Source of the DNA: Sideroxydans sp.
GTDB lineage: Bacteria > Pseudomonadota > Gammaproteobacteria > Burkholderiales > Gallionellaceae
Direction of reading: 5' to 3'
DNA: 64,000 nucleotides
Assembly: GCA_028687425.1 (NCBI GenBank)
Contig: JAQUAD010000003.1
Location: 33,945-97,944 of the forward strand
This document shows, in pieces, positions 34,491-45,707 of this stretch. A model generated the notes under the pieces. The model did not search any database and was not told the DNA's origin. It saw only the letters and a program-made list of their open reading frames with translations. Both the position numbers and the translations under genes were made by a program. Position 1 is the stretch's first letter, and each line of letters begins with the position of its first letter.

Positions 34491-35773
34491 TATTTCCAGG
34501 CCGCGAAGACTCTGTCGGCCGCGGCAATGGTCACCGCTATGTCTTCATCGCTATGCGCTGCTGACACAAAACCAGCTTCGAATGCCGACGGTGCGAGGTA
34601 AACACCTTCACCCAGCATCGCATGGAAAAAGCGATTGAAAGCCTCCTTGTCGCTTGCCATCACTTCGGCATAGGAGCTCGGTGCCTTCTCACTGAAATAC
34701 AGACCGAACATGCTGCCGATGGACTGCGCGCTGAACGGGATGCCATGCTTCTTCGCGCTTGCGCTGATGCCTTCGGTCATGTCCTTGGCGATCTTGGTCA
34801 GGCGTTCGTAGAAGCCCGGTGCCTGCACCAGTTTCAATGTGGTCAGACCCGCCGCCACAGCCACCGGATTGCCGGACAGCGTTCCCGCTTGATACACCGC
34901 ACCCAGCGGCGCCAGGCATTGCATGATGTCGCGACGACCACCGAACGCAGCAGCGGGCAGACCGCCGCCCATCACCTTGCCCAGCGTGATCAGGTCCGGC
35001 TTGATACCAAAGTGGCCGTGCGCGCCTTGCAGACCGACACGGAAACCGGACATCACTTCGTCCAGAATCAGCACCGCACCATGCTTGGTACACAGGTTAC
35101 GCATCGCATCGAGGAACTCGCGCTTGGGCAGGATCAGGTTCATGTTGCCCGCGACAGGCTCCACGATCACGCAAGCGATCTCATTGCCGATCTCGGCAAA
35201 AGTCTTTTCCAGACCAGCCACATCGTTGTAGTCCAGCACCGTGGTCAGTCCCGCGATTTCGGCAGGCACACCCGAAGAACTCGGCTGGCCGAAGGTCAGC
35301 GCACCGGAGCCAGCTTTGACCAGCAGGCCATCGGAATGGCCGTGGTAGCAGCCTTCAAATTTGATGATGCGCGAGCGGCCGGTAAAACCGCGCGCCAGAC
35401 GGATCGCGGTCATCGTCGCCTCGGTACCGGAGCTGACCAGGCGCACCATCTCCAGCGACGGCAGGATCTTGCACAGTGTCTCGGCGATCTCCAGTTCGCT
35501 CGCGGTCGGTGCACCGAAGCCCAAGCCTTCGGCAGCCGCATCCTGCACCGCCTTGACCACTTCCGGATGGCAGTGACCGACGATCATCGGCCCCCAGGAA
35601 TTCACATAGTCGATATAGCGCTTGTCGTCCGCATCCCACACATAAGCACCCTGACCGCGCTTAAAGAACAGCGGCGTACCGCCGACCGATTTGAATGCGC
35701 GCACCGGCGAATTCACGCCACCGGGAATGAGCTTCTGGGATTCGTCGAACAGTTCCTGGTTATGCGAAGTCAT
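34490..35773 (-). CDS. hemL: glutamate-1-semialdehyde 2,1-aminomutase
   Basis: This is a class III aminotransferase with the typical N-terminus ([19 protein letters not shown]) and a PLP-lysine region ([14 protein letters not shown]). Confidence 0.95.
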   Translation of the reverse strand: MTSHNQELFDESQKLIPGGVNSPVRAFKSVGGTPLFFKRGQGAYVWDADDKRYIDYVNSWGPMIVGHCHPEVVKAVQDAAAEGLGFGAPTASELEIAETLCKILPSLEMVRLVSSGTEATMTAIRLARGFTGRSRIIKFEGCYHGHSDGLLVKAGSGALTFGQPSSSGVPAEIAGLTTVLDYNDVAGLEKTFAEIGNEIACVIVEPVAGNMNLILPKREFLDAMRNLCTKHGAVLILDEVMSGFRVGLQGAHGHFGIKPDLITLGKVMGGGLPAAAFGGRRDIMQCLAPLGAVYQAGTLSGNPVAVAAGLTTLKLVQAPGFYERLTKIAKDMTEGISASAKKHGIPFSAQSIGSMFGLYFSEKAPSSYAEVMASDKEAFNRFFHAMLGEGVYLAPSAFEAGFVSAAHSDEDIAVTIAAADRVFAAWK

Positions 35774-36423
35774 GCTGGGTTACCTTGTTCAAATAATTGG
35801 GAAAAATCTTTTGCTGCCTGGGTGATGTCTGCTGCTTGCCACAGCGCCGAGATCACCGCCAGCGCATCCGCGCCTGCCACGACCAATTGCTTGCCGTTCG
35901 CGACCGTGATGCCGCCGATCGCAACGATGGGCACCTGCAACGCACGACGCGCATTCTCCAGCAACGATATTTCGGCGGTCACCGCACCGGGCTTCACACT
36001 CGAAGGAAAGAATGCACCGAACGCCACGTAATCTGCACCTTGCCGCACCGCCTCAACCGCCAGCGACGCGCGATTATAGCAAGAGGCACCAACCAGCTTG
36101 TCACGCCCCAGCACCTCACGTGCCGCAGCGATATCACCATCGTCCGCCCCCAGATGCACGCCATCGGCGGACACATGAAGCGCTAACTGCACATCGTCAT
36201 TGACGATGAAGGTCACTCCGAAACTGCGCGTCAAATCGCGCAAAGCCAAGGCCTGCTCCCGTTGCAACACCGTGTCCGCAAGCTTGTTGCGGTATTGCAG
36301 GATCGCCGCCCCGCCAAGCAAGGCTTGTTCTGCCTGTTGCAACAGCCTGACCGTATCCAGCTCATCCGGCGTGATGGCATACAAGCCTTTAATGGCGCGT
36401 CTCCTCGCCCGCATCCTCTTCAT
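35770..36423 (-). CDS. thiE: thiamine phosphate synthase
   Basis: It has GLYAITP near the N-terminus, [13 protein letters not shown], and VAIGGI. It overlaps the thiD 3' end by 26-35 nt, depending on whether the ATG at 36414 or 36423 is used. Confidence 0.88.
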   Translation of the reverse strand: MKRMRARRRAIKGLYAITPDELDTVRLLQQAEQALLGGAAILQYRNKLADTVLQREQALALRDLTRSFGVTFIVNDDVQLALHVSADGVHLGADDGDIAAAREVLGRDKLVGASCYNRASLAVEAVRQGADYVAFGAFFPSSVKPGAVTAEISLLENARRALQVPIVAIGGITVANGKQLVVAGADALAVISALWQAADITQAAKDFSQLFEQGNPA

Positions 36424-37225
36424 CGCGCGCCCAGAACAAGCGATCCGGAATGTGCTGCCCCATGCCAGGACGGAAACCGTATTTCAAGGCTTCCCAAGTG
36501 TATTCCTGCGCCTCGCGCACCGCATCTTCCATGCTCAAACCATTGGCGAGCAACGCAGCGATAGCAGAGGCCAGCGTACAACCGGAGCCATGATAGATGC
36601 CCGGCAAGCGCGGCCAGTCGTCACTGCGCAGCAGTCCGCGCTCTCCGTACAGGGTATTCACCACCTTGGGCGTGTGTTCGTGCGTACCGGTGATCAGTAC
36701 GTATTCGCAACCCATACCCAGAATGCGCTTGGCGCATTCGGACAAGGATGGGTCATCCTCTTCATTGTCTTCGTCCACCACCAGACGGCGCGCTTCCATA
36801 CTATTGGGCGTCAGGATCGTCGACTGCGGCAGCAACAGTTCACGCAATGCATCCAGCATGTCCTCATTGGCCAGTTCGTCGCCACGACCTGATGCCAACA
36901 CAGGATCGAGTACCAGCGGGACATCCGGATAGTCCGAAACGATTTCGGCGATGGCTGCGATGTTGTCGACACTGCCCAGCAGGCCGATCTTGAATGCTGC
37001 GACCGGCATATCTTCCAGCAAGGTACGCGCTTGGTCGATCACCAGATCGGCGTCCACCGCCTGGATATCCTCCACCCCGCTGGTGTCCTGCACGGTGATG
37101 CCGGTGACCACCGACAAAGGATGGCAGCCCATGCTGGCAATGGTCAGGATATCGGCCTGCATCCCCGCGCCGGAGCTGGGATCGCTGGCAGCGAAGGTCA
37201 ATACGATAGGTGGAATGTCGGACAT
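36389..37225 (-). CDS. thiD: hydroxymethylpyrimidine/phosphomethylpyrimidine kinase
   Basis: The ribokinase-fold ThiD layout is present (LTFAASDPSGGAG-like LTFAASDPSSGAGMQAD, GSGCTLASAIAALLA). Confidence 0.9.
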   Translation of the reverse strand: MSDIPPIVLTFAASDPSSGAGMQADILTIASMGCHPLSVVTGITVQDTSGVEDIQAVDADLVIDQARTLLEDMPVAAFKIGLLGSVDNIAAIAEIVSDYPDVPLVLDPVLASGRGDELANEDMLDALRELLLPQSTILTPNSMEARRLVVDEDNEEDDPSLSECAKRILGMGCEYVLITGTHEHTPKVVNTLYGERGLLRSDDWPRLPGIYHGSGCTLASAIAALLANGLSMEDAVREAQEYTWEALKYGFRPGMGQHIPDRLFWARDEEDAGEETRH

Positions 37226-37291
37226 GATGAAGCGCCGTCTGATGATGATGAAAGGGGTGTGATTCTACCCGAAAGCCAGCCGATCAGCGGC

Positions 37292-38074
37292 TCAAGGGGA
37301 TGGAACGGCACGTTCGCCGAGGAAATTGGCGATGCGCGTGTATTCCGCCACACCCAGATTCTCGGCACGCAGCTGCGGGTTGATCTCCAGCTGCTCAAAA
37401 TCGTTTTCCGCCAGATAGTCGCGCAAGGTGTTGCGCAGGGTCTTGCGACGCTGGCCAAAAGCGGCCGTGACGACCTTGGCATAGAGCGCCTCGTCCCGCA
37501 CCTGTATTTGTGCTTCCTGTAACGGGATCATGCGCACGATGGCGGAATCCACCTTGGGCGCAGGACGGAAGGACTGCGGCGGCACATCCAGCAGTTTCTC
37601 CATATAGAAGCGATACTGCAACATCACTGACAAGCGCCCGTATGCCGCCGTGGAAGGCTCGGCCACCATGCGCTCCACCACTTCATTCTGCAGCATGAAA
37701 TGCATGTCGGTGATGCTTGCAGCATATTCCGCGAAGTGGAACAGCAGCGGCGACGAGATGTTGTAAGGCAGGTTACCGACGATGCGCAACGGCGTGCCCA
37801 ACGTCGCGAAATCGAACTTCAGCGCATCGCCTTCGTGGATGACGATCTTGTCCTGCGGGTAATCGGTTTTCAGCCGCGCGATGATGTCGCGGTCGATCTC
37901 CACCACATGCAGCTTGTTCAGGTGCTGCAACAACGGACGCGTCAGCGCCCCCAGACCGGGACCGATCTCCACCATGTTGTCGTCCGCTGCGGGACGGATG
38001 GCGCGCACGATGTCGGCGATGATGTTCTGGTCGACCAGGAAGTTCTGTCCGAATTGTTTTTTCGCCTTATGCAT
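37292..38074 (-). CDS. rsmA: 16S rRNA (adenine1518/1519-N6)-dimethyltransferase
   Basis: The N-terminus is [15 protein letters not shown], and the SAM motif is [12 protein letters not shown] prefer the ATG at 38074, just after the pdxA stop. The longer tracked ORF would overlap pdxA. Confidence 0.92.
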   Translation of the reverse strand: MHKAKKQFGQNFLVDQNIIADIVRAIRPAADDNMVEIGPGLGALTRPLLQHLNKLHVVEIDRDIIARLKTDYPQDKIVIHEGDALKFDFATLGTPLRIVGNLPYNISSPLLFHFAEYAASITDMHFMLQNEVVERMVAEPSTAAYGRLSVMLQYRFYMEKLLDVPPQSFRPAPKVDSAIVRMIPLQEAQIQVRDEALYAKVVTAAFGQRRKTLRNTLRDYLAENDFEQLEINPQLRAENLGVAEYTRIANFLGERAVPSP

Positions 38075-39059
38075 ACTTGGATGACCCACGCGCTTGTTCG
38101 CACTTTGCCATTTCAACGGCCATTTTGATTGCTTCCAGCAAGCTGCCGACATTGGCCTTGCCTGTTCCCGCCAGCTCCAGCGCCGTGCCGTGATCGACCG
38201 AGGTGCGGATGATGGGCATGCCCAGTGTGATGTTCACGCCCTCGCCGAAACTGGCGTGTTTGAGCACCGGCAAGCCCTGATCGTGATACATCGCCAGCAC
38301 GGCGTCGCATTCGCGCAGCCGATGGACGGCGAACAGCGTATCCGCTGGCAATGGCTGGCTCACATTCATGCCTTCGCCTCGCAGTTTATCCAGCACAGGG
38401 ATCATCACTTCGATCTCTTCGCGACCCAGATGGCCGCCTTCTCCGGCATGCGGATTCAAGCCGGCCACCAGGATGCGCGGTTGTGCGATACCGAATCTGT
38501 TTTGCAGATCGCGGTGCAGGATACGCAGGATGTCTTCCAGCAAGTCCGACGTGATCGCATCCGCCACTTCGCGCAAAGGCAGATGCGTGGTTGCCAGTGC
38601 CACGCGCATGCCGCCGCCGGCGAGCATCATCACCACCAACGGTGTGCGCGTCTGCTCGGCAAGGAATTCCGTGTGACCGGTAAAGGGTATGCCGGCATCA
38701 TTGATGACACCTTTGTGCACCGGCGCGGTGACCATGCCGGCGAATTCCCCGGACAAACAGCCTTGTGCCGCGCGGCGCAATATCTCCAGCACATAAGAGG
38801 CGTTCGCGATGTCGAGTCGACCGGCTGTCGCAGGGCGAGCAAGCGGCACATGCAGCACACTCAACTTGCCTTTCGCTACCGCTTCGGCAGGTGAGTAATC
38901 GTGGAATTCGACTTCAAGATCGAGCTGCACGGCCCGCTGCCGCAGCAACGCTTTATCAGCGATGACCACCAGCGGCCGTTCTGCCCGCGCGAGTTGCAGG
39001 CACAGGTCGGGACCGATGCCCGCCGGCTCGCCACTGGTGATGACTAACGGGGATGCCAC
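38067..39059 (-). CDS. pdxA: 4-hydroxythreonine-4-phosphate dehydrogenase
   Basis: It has [17 protein letters not shown] and NPHAGEGG motifs. A GTG at 39059 immediately follows the surA TAA (39061-39063). Confidence 0.92.
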   Translation of the reverse strand: MASPLVITSGEPAGIGPDLCLQLARAERPLVVIADKALLRQRAVQLDLEVEFHDYSPAEAVAKGKLSVLHVPLARPATAGRLDIANASYVLEILRRAAQGCLSGEFAGMVTAPVHKGVINDAGIPFTGHTEFLAEQTRTPLVVMMLAGGGMRVALATTHLPLREVADAITSDLLEDILRILHRDLQNRFGIAQPRILVAGLNPHAGEGGHLGREEIEVMIPVLDKLRGEGMNVSQPLPADTLFAVHRLRECDAVLAMYHDQGLPVLKHASFGEGVNITLGMPIIRTSVDHGTALELAGTGKANVGSLLEAIKMAVEMAKCEQARGSSKYA

Positions 39060-39060
39060 C

Positions 39061-40353
39061 TTATTCGCGATATTCGATGAATGCGCGGTCGCGCAACTGA
39101 CGCAACCAGTCCTGATAGGCATCATCGGACTTGTAAGTACGAATAGCCTTTCGTGCCTGCTGTTGCTTCTGTTCGGCGCTGATGTCGGTGTTCCTGCGTT
39201 CCAGCACCTGGATCAAGTGCCAGCCAAAGCCCGATTGCACCAGACCGCTGACTTGTCCGACCTTGAGTGCATCCATCGCTTTCTCGAATTCTGGCACGGT
39301 CTCTCCGGGCGAGATCCAGTTCAGGTCTCCGCCTTGGGCCGCACTGCCATCTTCCGAATGCAGGCGTGCCTGCTCGGCAAAATCGGCGCCCTTGTCGATG
39401 CGGCGCTTGATCTCCAGCAGGCGCGCCCTGGCTTCGTTCTCCGACACCAGTTCACTGGTCTTGATCAGGATATGCCGCGCATGCGTCTGGGTGATGAACA
39501 CGGGCGTATCCGAGCTGCGACGATCGAGCAGCTTGATGATGTGAAAGCCTGAAGGGCTGCGCAGGATAGGGCTCACTTCACCCGGCTTCATCGTCGCCAG
39601 CGGCTCGCTGAACAATGCCGGCAACTGATTGGCAGGACGCCAGCCAAGTTCACCGCCCTGTAATGCATCCCTTGCATCCGAATAGCCCGCAGCGACTTGC
39701 GAGAAGGGAGCACCACCTTTCAGCTTGGCCAGCGCATCTTCCGCCTTGCGCTGGAAATTGCGGATGCTGACAGCGGTCGCTTGTTCCGGCACCACCACCA
39801 GGATGTGCGCCAGCTTCAGCTCCTCGCCTTTGTTGCCTTGCGTCTCCTGCGTGGCCAGAAAGGCTTCAATATCGGCTTCGCTGATGACCAGCTTGCTGTC
39901 CACCTCGCGCTCGCGCAGACGACCGGTCAGCATCTCGCCGCGTATTTCTTCGCGGAACTTGGCGAAATCGATCCCTTCATTTTCCAATTTTGCGCGGAAG
40001 GCGGACAGCGTAGGGAATTTGTTCTGCAGGGCGATCCGCTGCAGGGCGCCTTCCAGCTGGGCATCATCCACTTGCACACCGGTCTCTTTGGCAAACTGCA
40101 TCTGCAGTTTTTCCATGATCATGCGCTCCAGTACCTGCTTCTCGAGAATACTCCTGTCCGGCAGACGCGTACCCTGGCGCTGCAGTTGGCTGATGACCTG
40201 CCGCATGCGTTCATCAAGCTCCAACCGGGTGATGATGTCGTCGTTTACCACAACGCGAATATCATCGAGCAGTCGTGGGCTCGATGTGATTTCGGCCGCA
40301 GAAACAGAACTTGCGAGCAACAACAGCGTGAGCGCGATTCGGATTTTCAGCAT
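39061..40353 (-). CDS. surA: periplasmic chaperone / peptidyl-prolyl isomerase SurA
   Basis: It has a signal peptide ([19 protein letters not shown]), two parvulin-like segments (HILV... and HILIKT...GGDLGW/GDLNW), and sits in the conserved lptD-surA-pdxA-rsmA order. Confidence 0.9.
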   Translation of the reverse strand: MLKIRIALTLLLLASSVSAAEITSSPRLLDDIRVVVNDDIITRLELDERMRQVISQLQRQGTRLPDRSILEKQVLERMIMEKLQMQFAKETGVQVDDAQLEGALQRIALQNKFPTLSAFRAKLENEGIDFAKFREEIRGEMLTGRLREREVDSKLVISEADIEAFLATQETQGNKGEELKLAHILVVVPEQATAVSIRNFQRKAEDALAKLKGGAPFSQVAAGYSDARDALQGGELGWRPANQLPALFSEPLATMKPGEVSPILRSPSGFHIIKLLDRRSSDTPVFITQTHARHILIKTSELVSENEARARLLEIKRRIDKGADFAEQARLHSEDGSAAQGGDLNWISPGETVPEFEKAMDALKVGQVSGLVQSGFGWHLIQVLERRNTDISAEQKQQQARKAIRTYKSDDAYQDWLRQLRDRAFIEYRE

Positions 40354-40375
40354 GTACTTCTTTCGTAAAAGGGGG

Positions 40376-42586
40376 TCAATGCAAGCCCTGTTCCGGCTTG
40401 TCGGATGGTATTTCATTCAGCTTGATATAGCCGGGGACACTGATGCGCAAAGCCTCCAAAGGATCAGAACCGATGCGCACCAGATCGCTCAATTCGAGCT
40501 GGGCAAAGATACCGGTGGTCCGTTCGACGGTGGCGGTCGCAAAGCTCTGCACCACCAACCTCACCGACCAACACGCGGCATTATACTCAAGCCCGCCCAG
40601 CGCCTCCAGAACGCGGTCATCGCGCAATGAGTAGTTGAAGCGGCCCACGCCATGCCAGCGTCCGAACAAAGGCCACTGGCCAGACAGATCCATCTGGCGC
40701 AATGAATCACGGGTATAACGATAGCCAAGGTTCAGCAACTTGCCCGCCTCCGGGTTGTAGCGGGCAGCAATATTGTAGGTTTGCGTATGATTCTGGTTCG
40801 GGTTGTACTGCAGCTGGCTGTCCAGATTCCAGGCGCGCGTCATCCTGCCGCCCAGCATCAGCAGGATGTCCGAGCGGCTGCTGCTGTTCGCCACACCGCT
40901 CAGGTTCACCTGCGGCGTCTGGAAAGTGAAACGCTCCGCCACCGCCACGCGCAATCTCTCGGTTCCGTCATCACCGTCGATCACGCGCGAAGTCAGCGCC
41001 AGGGTCATCATGTCGGCATCGCCCACGCGGTCGCTGCCGAGGAAACGGTTCTCGGTGAATATCTGGCTGAAGCTGAATGGCGCAAGGGCAGAGTCGAAAT
41101 TGGGCAGGAACGACTGGTCACGATACGGGATGCGCACATAATAAGCGCGCGGTTCCAGCGTCTGCATGTAGGCATTACCCAGAAAAGAGTCGTTACGTTC
41201 AAAGATCAGCCCGCTGTCCACACTGAAGATCGGTACAGTGCGCTGCGTGTTCGGTGTATTCAATGCGTTGTTCGCATCCAGCACATAGCTGGTGTAATGC
41301 AATCCCAGTTTCGGCGTCAGGAAATATCCCTGCTCGCTCAGTAGCGGATAGCTGATCGAGGGATTGAGCACCACACGTTGCCCATTCACCTTGGTCGGAT
41401 GGCGGTAATCGACATATTCACTGGCAAAATTCAGCGTGCTTTCCCCAAGCTGGCGGTTGGTATTCAATGTCAGTTGCGGCTGGCGTCGGTAAGGAATCGC
41501 CACCGGCGCCAAAGGATCCTGCAAGGTCTGGTAACGCTGCACCCTGGCGGCGGCGTTCCAGCCGTATCCCGCGTAATTCACGACGCCTTCGCGCAACAGG
41601 TTGGCCTGCGAAGTGCCGCTGATCGCCCCGGCCAGATCTCGGTAATAGGCATCGTCGGACACCACATTCGCATCCACAGTAGCCGAGAAACCGCCGCCAA
41701 GATTGTGCCGGTGCTTGAAACCGAAATGGGAACGGTCAAGCTTGCTCACCCGGTCCCCTGCCAGCACATCCGCGTTGATCTCGCCGCTGTATTGCGGTTG
41801 CAGATAGCGCATTTCGTTGTTGAACTGCGTGCCGCGTTTGCTGATGAAGCGTGGCGAGAGCGTCACATCCAGGTTGGGGGCAATATTCCAGAAGTAGGGG
41901 AGTGTGATCTCGCTACCGCCGGAATTGGTGCTACCGAATACTGGCCCCAGAAATCCCGAACGCTTGTCGTCATTCAGTGCGAAATCCATCCAGGGGGTAT
42001 AAAGGAAAGGCACGCTCTTGAATTCGACCCTGGCATTGTATGCAACGCCCACCTGTTTATCCCGGTCGACCTCCAAAGTGCTCATGCGAATCAGCCAATC
42101 ATCATTGCCGGCCGGGCAGGTCGTATAGACCGCCGAACGGAAGCGCTGATGATTGCGCCCTTCCAGATTCATCAGGGCGGCACTGCCTCGCGCATTGTTC
42201 TCGCCGATGATGAACTCCGGCTGCGGCATTTCGCCGACATCATGTTCCAGATTCATCTTCAATTCGGGGCCGCTCATCACACTCTCCCCTTGCACGATGC
42301 TCACATTGCCGTCGGCGTACACATCCTGTTTCTCCTGCTCATAGAGCAAGTGATCCGCCTTCACCACACGCCCTTCCTGACGCAGTTCCACGTTGCCGGT
42401 CGCTTCCATCTGGTCGCCCTGGCGCGATTCCAGACGCTCCGCGCTGATGAATGCCACACCCGGCTCACTGGGCGGAGGCAAGCGCTTGAAAGTGCGATCC
42501 AGCTTGAGCGGCAAGGTCTCGGCTACTGCCAACCAGGGCAGGGCGAACAGCAGGGAAAGTGCGAACAGGCGCGAACGGAAAAGCAT
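40376..42586 (-). CDS. lptD: LPS-assembly outer membrane protein LptD
   Basis: The product of roughly 735 aa has a signal peptide (MLFRSRLFALSLLFALPWLAVA), an OstA-like N-terminal domain and a large beta-barrel region. Synteny supports the call. Confidence 0.92.
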   Translation of the reverse strand: MLFRSRLFALSLLFALPWLAVAETLPLKLDRTFKRLPPPSEPGVAFISAERLESRQGDQMEATGNVELRQEGRVVKADHLLYEQEKQDVYADGNVSIVQGESVMSGPELKMNLEHDVGEMPQPEFIIGENNARGSAALMNLEGRNHQRFRSAVYTTCPAGNDDWLIRMSTLEVDRDKQVGVAYNARVEFKSVPFLYTPWMDFALNDDKRSGFLGPVFGSTNSGGSEITLPYFWNIAPNLDVTLSPRFISKRGTQFNNEMRYLQPQYSGEINADVLAGDRVSKLDRSHFGFKHRHNLGGGFSATVDANVVSDDAYYRDLAGAISGTSQANLLREGVVNYAGYGWNAAARVQRYQTLQDPLAPVAIPYRRQPQLTLNTNRQLGESTLNFASEYVDYRHPTKVNGQRVVLNPSISYPLLSEQGYFLTPKLGLHYTSYVLDANNALNTPNTQRTVPIFSVDSGLIFERNDSFLGNAYMQTLEPRAYYVRIPYRDQSFLPNFDSALAPFSFSQIFTENRFLGSDRVGDADMMTLALTSRVIDGDDGTERLRVAVAERFTFQTPQVNLSGVANSSSRSDILLMLGGRMTRAWNLDSQLQYNPNQNHTQTYNIAARYNPEAGKLLNLGYRYTRDSLRQMDLSGQWPLFGRWHGVGRFNYSLRDDRVLEALGGLEYNAACWSVRLVVQSFATATVERTTGIFAQLELSDLVRIGSDPLEALRISVPGYIKLNEIPSDKPEQGLH

Positions 42587-42645
42587 GGGCGGGTCGGTCA
42601 AATTAAGGTGCTAAAATCGCACAAAACCCTCATTAAGGCAATCAA

Positions 42646-43632
42646 ATGCAGCGCCAACAACAGCTTACCGACTGGCTTTCCAGCCTTTTCCCCGACCAGA
42701 CATTCACCATTGCACCCGCTTCCGCCGACGCCAGCTTCCGCCGCTACTTCCGCGCCACCTTCAGCGACGGTTCGACCAAAGTGGTGATGGATGCCCCGCC
42801 GCAGCATGAGAACTGTGTACCGTTCCTGCACATCGGCAAACTGTTCGAGCAAGCCGGCACCCATGTGCCGCATGTTTACGCGCAGGATCTGGAGCAGGGT
42901 TTCCTGCTCCTGTCCGACCTTGGCAACACCACCTACCTGCAAGCACTGAACACCGACAACGCCAAGCAACTCTATGGTGCAGCAACCGATGCCCTGATCA
43001 GGATACAGCTCGCCTCCAGGCCGGCCGAGCTGCCACCGTACGACGAGGCGCTGCTACGCCGCGAACTCGACCTGTTCCCCGAGTGGTATATCCACAAACA
43101 CCTGGGCGTGACGCTCAGCGAGAAGCAGCAGGCCAAGCTGGAAGAAGTATTCCAGCGCATCCTCGCCAACAACCTCGCCCAGCCCTGCGTGTATGTGCAC
43201 CGCGACTACCACTCGCGCAACCTGATGTACGTGCCGGACAACAATCCCGGCATCCTCGATTTCCAGGACGCCGTGTACGGCCCCATCACCTATGACCTCG
43301 CCTCGTTGTTCAAGGACGCCTACATCAAGTGGGATGAAGCCGATGTCATGGACTGGCTGATCCAGTACTGGGAACGTGCACGCAAGGCCGGACTGCCGGT
43401 ACGCGAAGACTTCGGCGAGTTCTACCGCGACTACGAGATGATGGGCGTGCAGCGCCACATCAAGGTACTGGGCATCTTCGCCCGTCTGTATCACCGCGAC
43501 GGCAAAGACGGTTACCTGAAGGACATGCCACTGGTGATGGAATATCTGCACAAGGCCTGCGAACGCTACATCGACCTCAAGCCGCTGCTGAACATCCTGC
43601 TCGAACTCAACATGCAGATGGAAAAGGCCTGA
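42646..43632 (+). CDS. amgK: aminoglycoside-phosphotransferase-fold kinase, AmgK-like (anomeric MurNAc/GlcNAc kinase)
   Basis: It has an APH/protein-kinase-like catalytic loop ([10 protein letters not shown]) and DFQDA. It is divergent from lptD and followed by a MurU-like gene, the arrangement described for Pseudomonas amgK-murU. Confidence 0.7.
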   Translation: MQRQQQLTDWLSSLFPDQTFTIAPASADASFRRYFRATFSDGSTKVVMDAPPQHENCVPFLHIGKLFEQAGTHVPHVYAQDLEQGFLLLSDLGNTTYLQALNTDNAKQLYGAATDALIRIQLASRPAELPPYDEALLRRELDLFPEWYIHKHLGVTLSEKQQAKLEEVFQRILANNLAQPCVYVHRDYHSRNLMYVPDNNPGILDFQDAVYGPITYDLASLFKDAYIKWDEADVMDWLIQYWERARKAGLPVREDFGEFYRDYEMMGVQRHIKVLGIFARLYHRDGKDGYLKDMPLVMEYLHKACERYIDLKPLLNILLELNMQMEKA

Positions 43633-43648
43633 GCCATGGTGCTGCGCA

Positions 43649-43690
43649 CTTCCCTCTCCTCAATCCTCTCCCGCAAGCGGGCGAGGAAGC
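43649..43690. repeat. REP-like GC-rich hairpin element between amgK and murU
   Basis: The sequence is cttccctctcctcaatcctctcccgcaagcgggcgaggaagc. Its core imperfect palindrome cctctcccgc / gcgggcgagg is related to the hairpin at 5247-5267. Confidence 0.55.
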
Positions 43691-43711
43691 AATCGTGAAA
43701 GACCTTGTTTG

Positions 43712-44410
43712 ATGAGGGCCATGATCCTCGCCGCAGGACGTGGCGAACGCATGCGGCCCCTGACCGACCACACGCCCAAACCTTTGCTGCAGGCTGGCGG
43801 CAAGCCGCTCATCGTGTGGCATATCGAACGGCTGGTGCACGCGGGTATCATCGACCTCGTCATCAACCACGCCCACCTCGGCACGCAGATCGAGCAGGCC
43901 TTGGGCGACGGAGCGCGTTTCGGTGCACGCATCAGGTATTCGGATGAAGGCACTGCACTGGAAACGGCAGGCGGTATCGCGTTCGCGCTGCACCTGCTGG
44001 GCGACCAACCGTTCGCGGTGGTGAACGGCGACGTGTATTGCGATTACGATCTCTCGCACCTGCCTGCCCAAGCCAGCGCCTTGGCGAACAGTGAGGACCT
44101 TGCGCATCTGGTGCTGGTCGACAACCCTGAACACAATCCGAAAGGTGATTTCGGCCTGACTGCACGACGCGTTACCGATACCGCGCCCAAGCTCACCTTC
44201 AGCGGCATCGGCCTCTACAAGCCCGCCCTATTCTCAAATGTCGCACGCGGCAGCAAAGCCCCGCTGGCACCGCTGCTGCGCGAACAGATCGCGCTGAACA
44301 AGGTAAGCGGCGAACATCATCGCGGCGTATGGCTGGACATCGGCACCCCGCAGCGACTGGATGAACTCGACAAGCAATTGCATGCGTCGCAGAATGCGCA
44401 TCATGTCTGA
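43712..44410 (+). CDS. murU: nucleotidyltransferase, MurU-like (MurNAc-alpha-1-phosphate uridylyltransferase)
   Basis: It has a sugar-nucleotidyltransferase N-terminus ([23 protein letters not shown]). I prefer the ATG at 43712, because the tracked start at 43709 is a TTG. Confidence 0.7.
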   Translation: MRAMILAAGRGERMRPLTDHTPKPLLQAGGKPLIVWHIERLVHAGIIDLVINHAHLGTQIEQALGDGARFGARIRYSDEGTALETAGGIAFALHLLGDQPFAVVNGDVYCDYDLSHLPAQASALANSEDLAHLVLVDNPEHNPKGDFGLTARRVTDTAPKLTFSGIGLYKPALFSNVARGSKAPLAPLLREQIALNKVSGEHHRGVWLDIGTPQRLDELDKQLHASQNAHHV

Positions 44411-45707
44411 TCTCGCACATTTCCAGCAGCGTCGTCGTCGCCTTTCCGAAAAGATGGGGCAGGGCATCGCCGTCATTCCGACCGCCCCCGAAGTCGCGCG
44501 CAATGCCGATGCGCACTATGACTACCGTCACGACAGCCATTTCTATTACCTCAGCGGCTTTGCCGAACCGGAAGCGGTGCTGGTGCTGATCGCGGGTGAA
44601 GCGATGCAGTCCATCCTGTTCTGCCGCGAAAAGAACCCCGAACGCGAGATATGGGACGGCTTCCGCTACGGCCCCGATGCCGCCGCCCAGCACTTCGGCT
44701 TCGACGCTGCTTATCCCATTGCGCAACTGGATGAAAAGCTGACCGAATTGATGGCCGATCAGCCCACCCTGTACTACCCGATGGGCGCAAGTAGCGAATG
44801 GGACGCGCGTCTGCTCAAAGCACGCGAAATGGTAAAAGCCCGATCCCGCAGCGGCATCCAGGCACCTTCCCATCTGCGCGATGTGCAAGAGTTGCTGAAC
44901 GAGATGCGCCTGTTCAAGGACTACCTCGAGCAGGACATCATGCGCCGCGCCGCCGTCATTTCCAGCGAGGCGCATCGCCGCGCCATGCGCTTTACCCGTG
45001 CCGGTCATTATGAATACGAAGTGGAGGCCGAACTGTTGCACGAGTTCTGCAGTCATGGTGCCCGCCATCCGGCCTACACCAGCATCGTGGCCGGTGGGGC
45101 CAATGCCTGCACCTTGCATTACGTGGGCAACAATGCGCAGTTGCGTGATGGTGATCTGTTGCTGATCGATGCCGGTTGCGAGCTGGACGGTTATGCTTCC
45201 GACATCACCCGCACCTTCCCGGTAAACGGCAAGTTCTCTCCCGCGCAGAAAGATGTGTACCAGATCGTGCTCGCCGCGCAGGAAGCAGCCATCGCCGCCG
45301 CGCGTCCGGGCAATCTGTGGGAGGCTCCGCATCAGGCAGCACTGCGCGTGCTGGCGCAAGGTTTCATCGACCTCAAGCTTTGTCACGGTTCGCTGGAATC
45401 GGTGCTCGAAACGGAAAGCTACAAACAGTTCTACATGCACCGCACCGGTCACTGGCTGGGCATGGATGTGCATGATGTCGGCGAGTACAAACTCGACGGG
45501 CACTGGCGTCCGCTGCAAAGCGGCATGACGCTGACGGTCGAGCCCGGCTGCTACATCCGCCCCGCCGACAACGTGCCGCGTGAACTGTGGAACATCGGCA
45601 TCCGCATCGAGGACGATGTATTGATCACAGCGCAGGGCAACGAAGTACTGACTCAGCAGGCACCCAAGACCGTAGAACAGATCGAGGAGGAGATGCGCCA
45701 TGAATGA
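44403..45707 (+). CDS. pepP: Xaa-Pro aminopeptidase
   Basis: M24B metal-ligand blocks are present ([39 protein letters not shown]). The ATG at 44403 overlaps the murU stop (ATGTCTGA). Confidence 0.9.
   Translation: MSDLAHFQQRRRRLSEKMGQGIAVIPTAPEVARNADAHYDYRHDSHFYYLSGFAEPEAVLVLIAGEAMQSILFCREKNPEREIWDGFRYGPDAAAQHFGFDAAYPIAQLDEKLTELMADQPTLYYPMGASSEWDARLLKAREMVKARSRSGIQAPSHLRDVQELLNEMRLFKDYLEQDIMRRAAVISSEAHRRAMRFTRAGHYEYEVEAELLHEFCSHGARHPAYTSIVAGGANACTLHYVGNNAQLRDGDLLLIDAGCELDGYASDITRTFPVNGKFSPAQKDVYQIVLAAQEAAIAAARPGNLWEAPHQAALRVLAQGFIDLKLCHGSLESVLETESYKQFYMHRTGHWLGMDVHDVGEYKLDGHWRPLQSGMTLTVEPGCYIRPADNVPRELWNIGIRIEDDVLITAQGNEVLTQQAPKTVEQIEEEMRHE

Noticed and set aside
37226-37291. Looked for a TPP riboswitch upstream of thiD/thiE.
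   Set aside because: The spacer is only 66 bp and contains neither the CUGAGA nor the ACCUGAUCUGGAUAAUGC-like conserved elements on the gene strand.
37292-42601. Longer N-terminal extensions offered by the ORF track for rsmA (38152), pdxA (39125), surA (40416) and lptD (42601), and similarly for rquA (1596), hemE (13401), pepP (44361) and metH (59896).
   Set aside because: Each extension overlaps the preceding gene or lacks similarity to the canonical N-terminus. Internal ATG/GTG codons placed right after the upstream stop codon give the expected N-termini or signal peptides.
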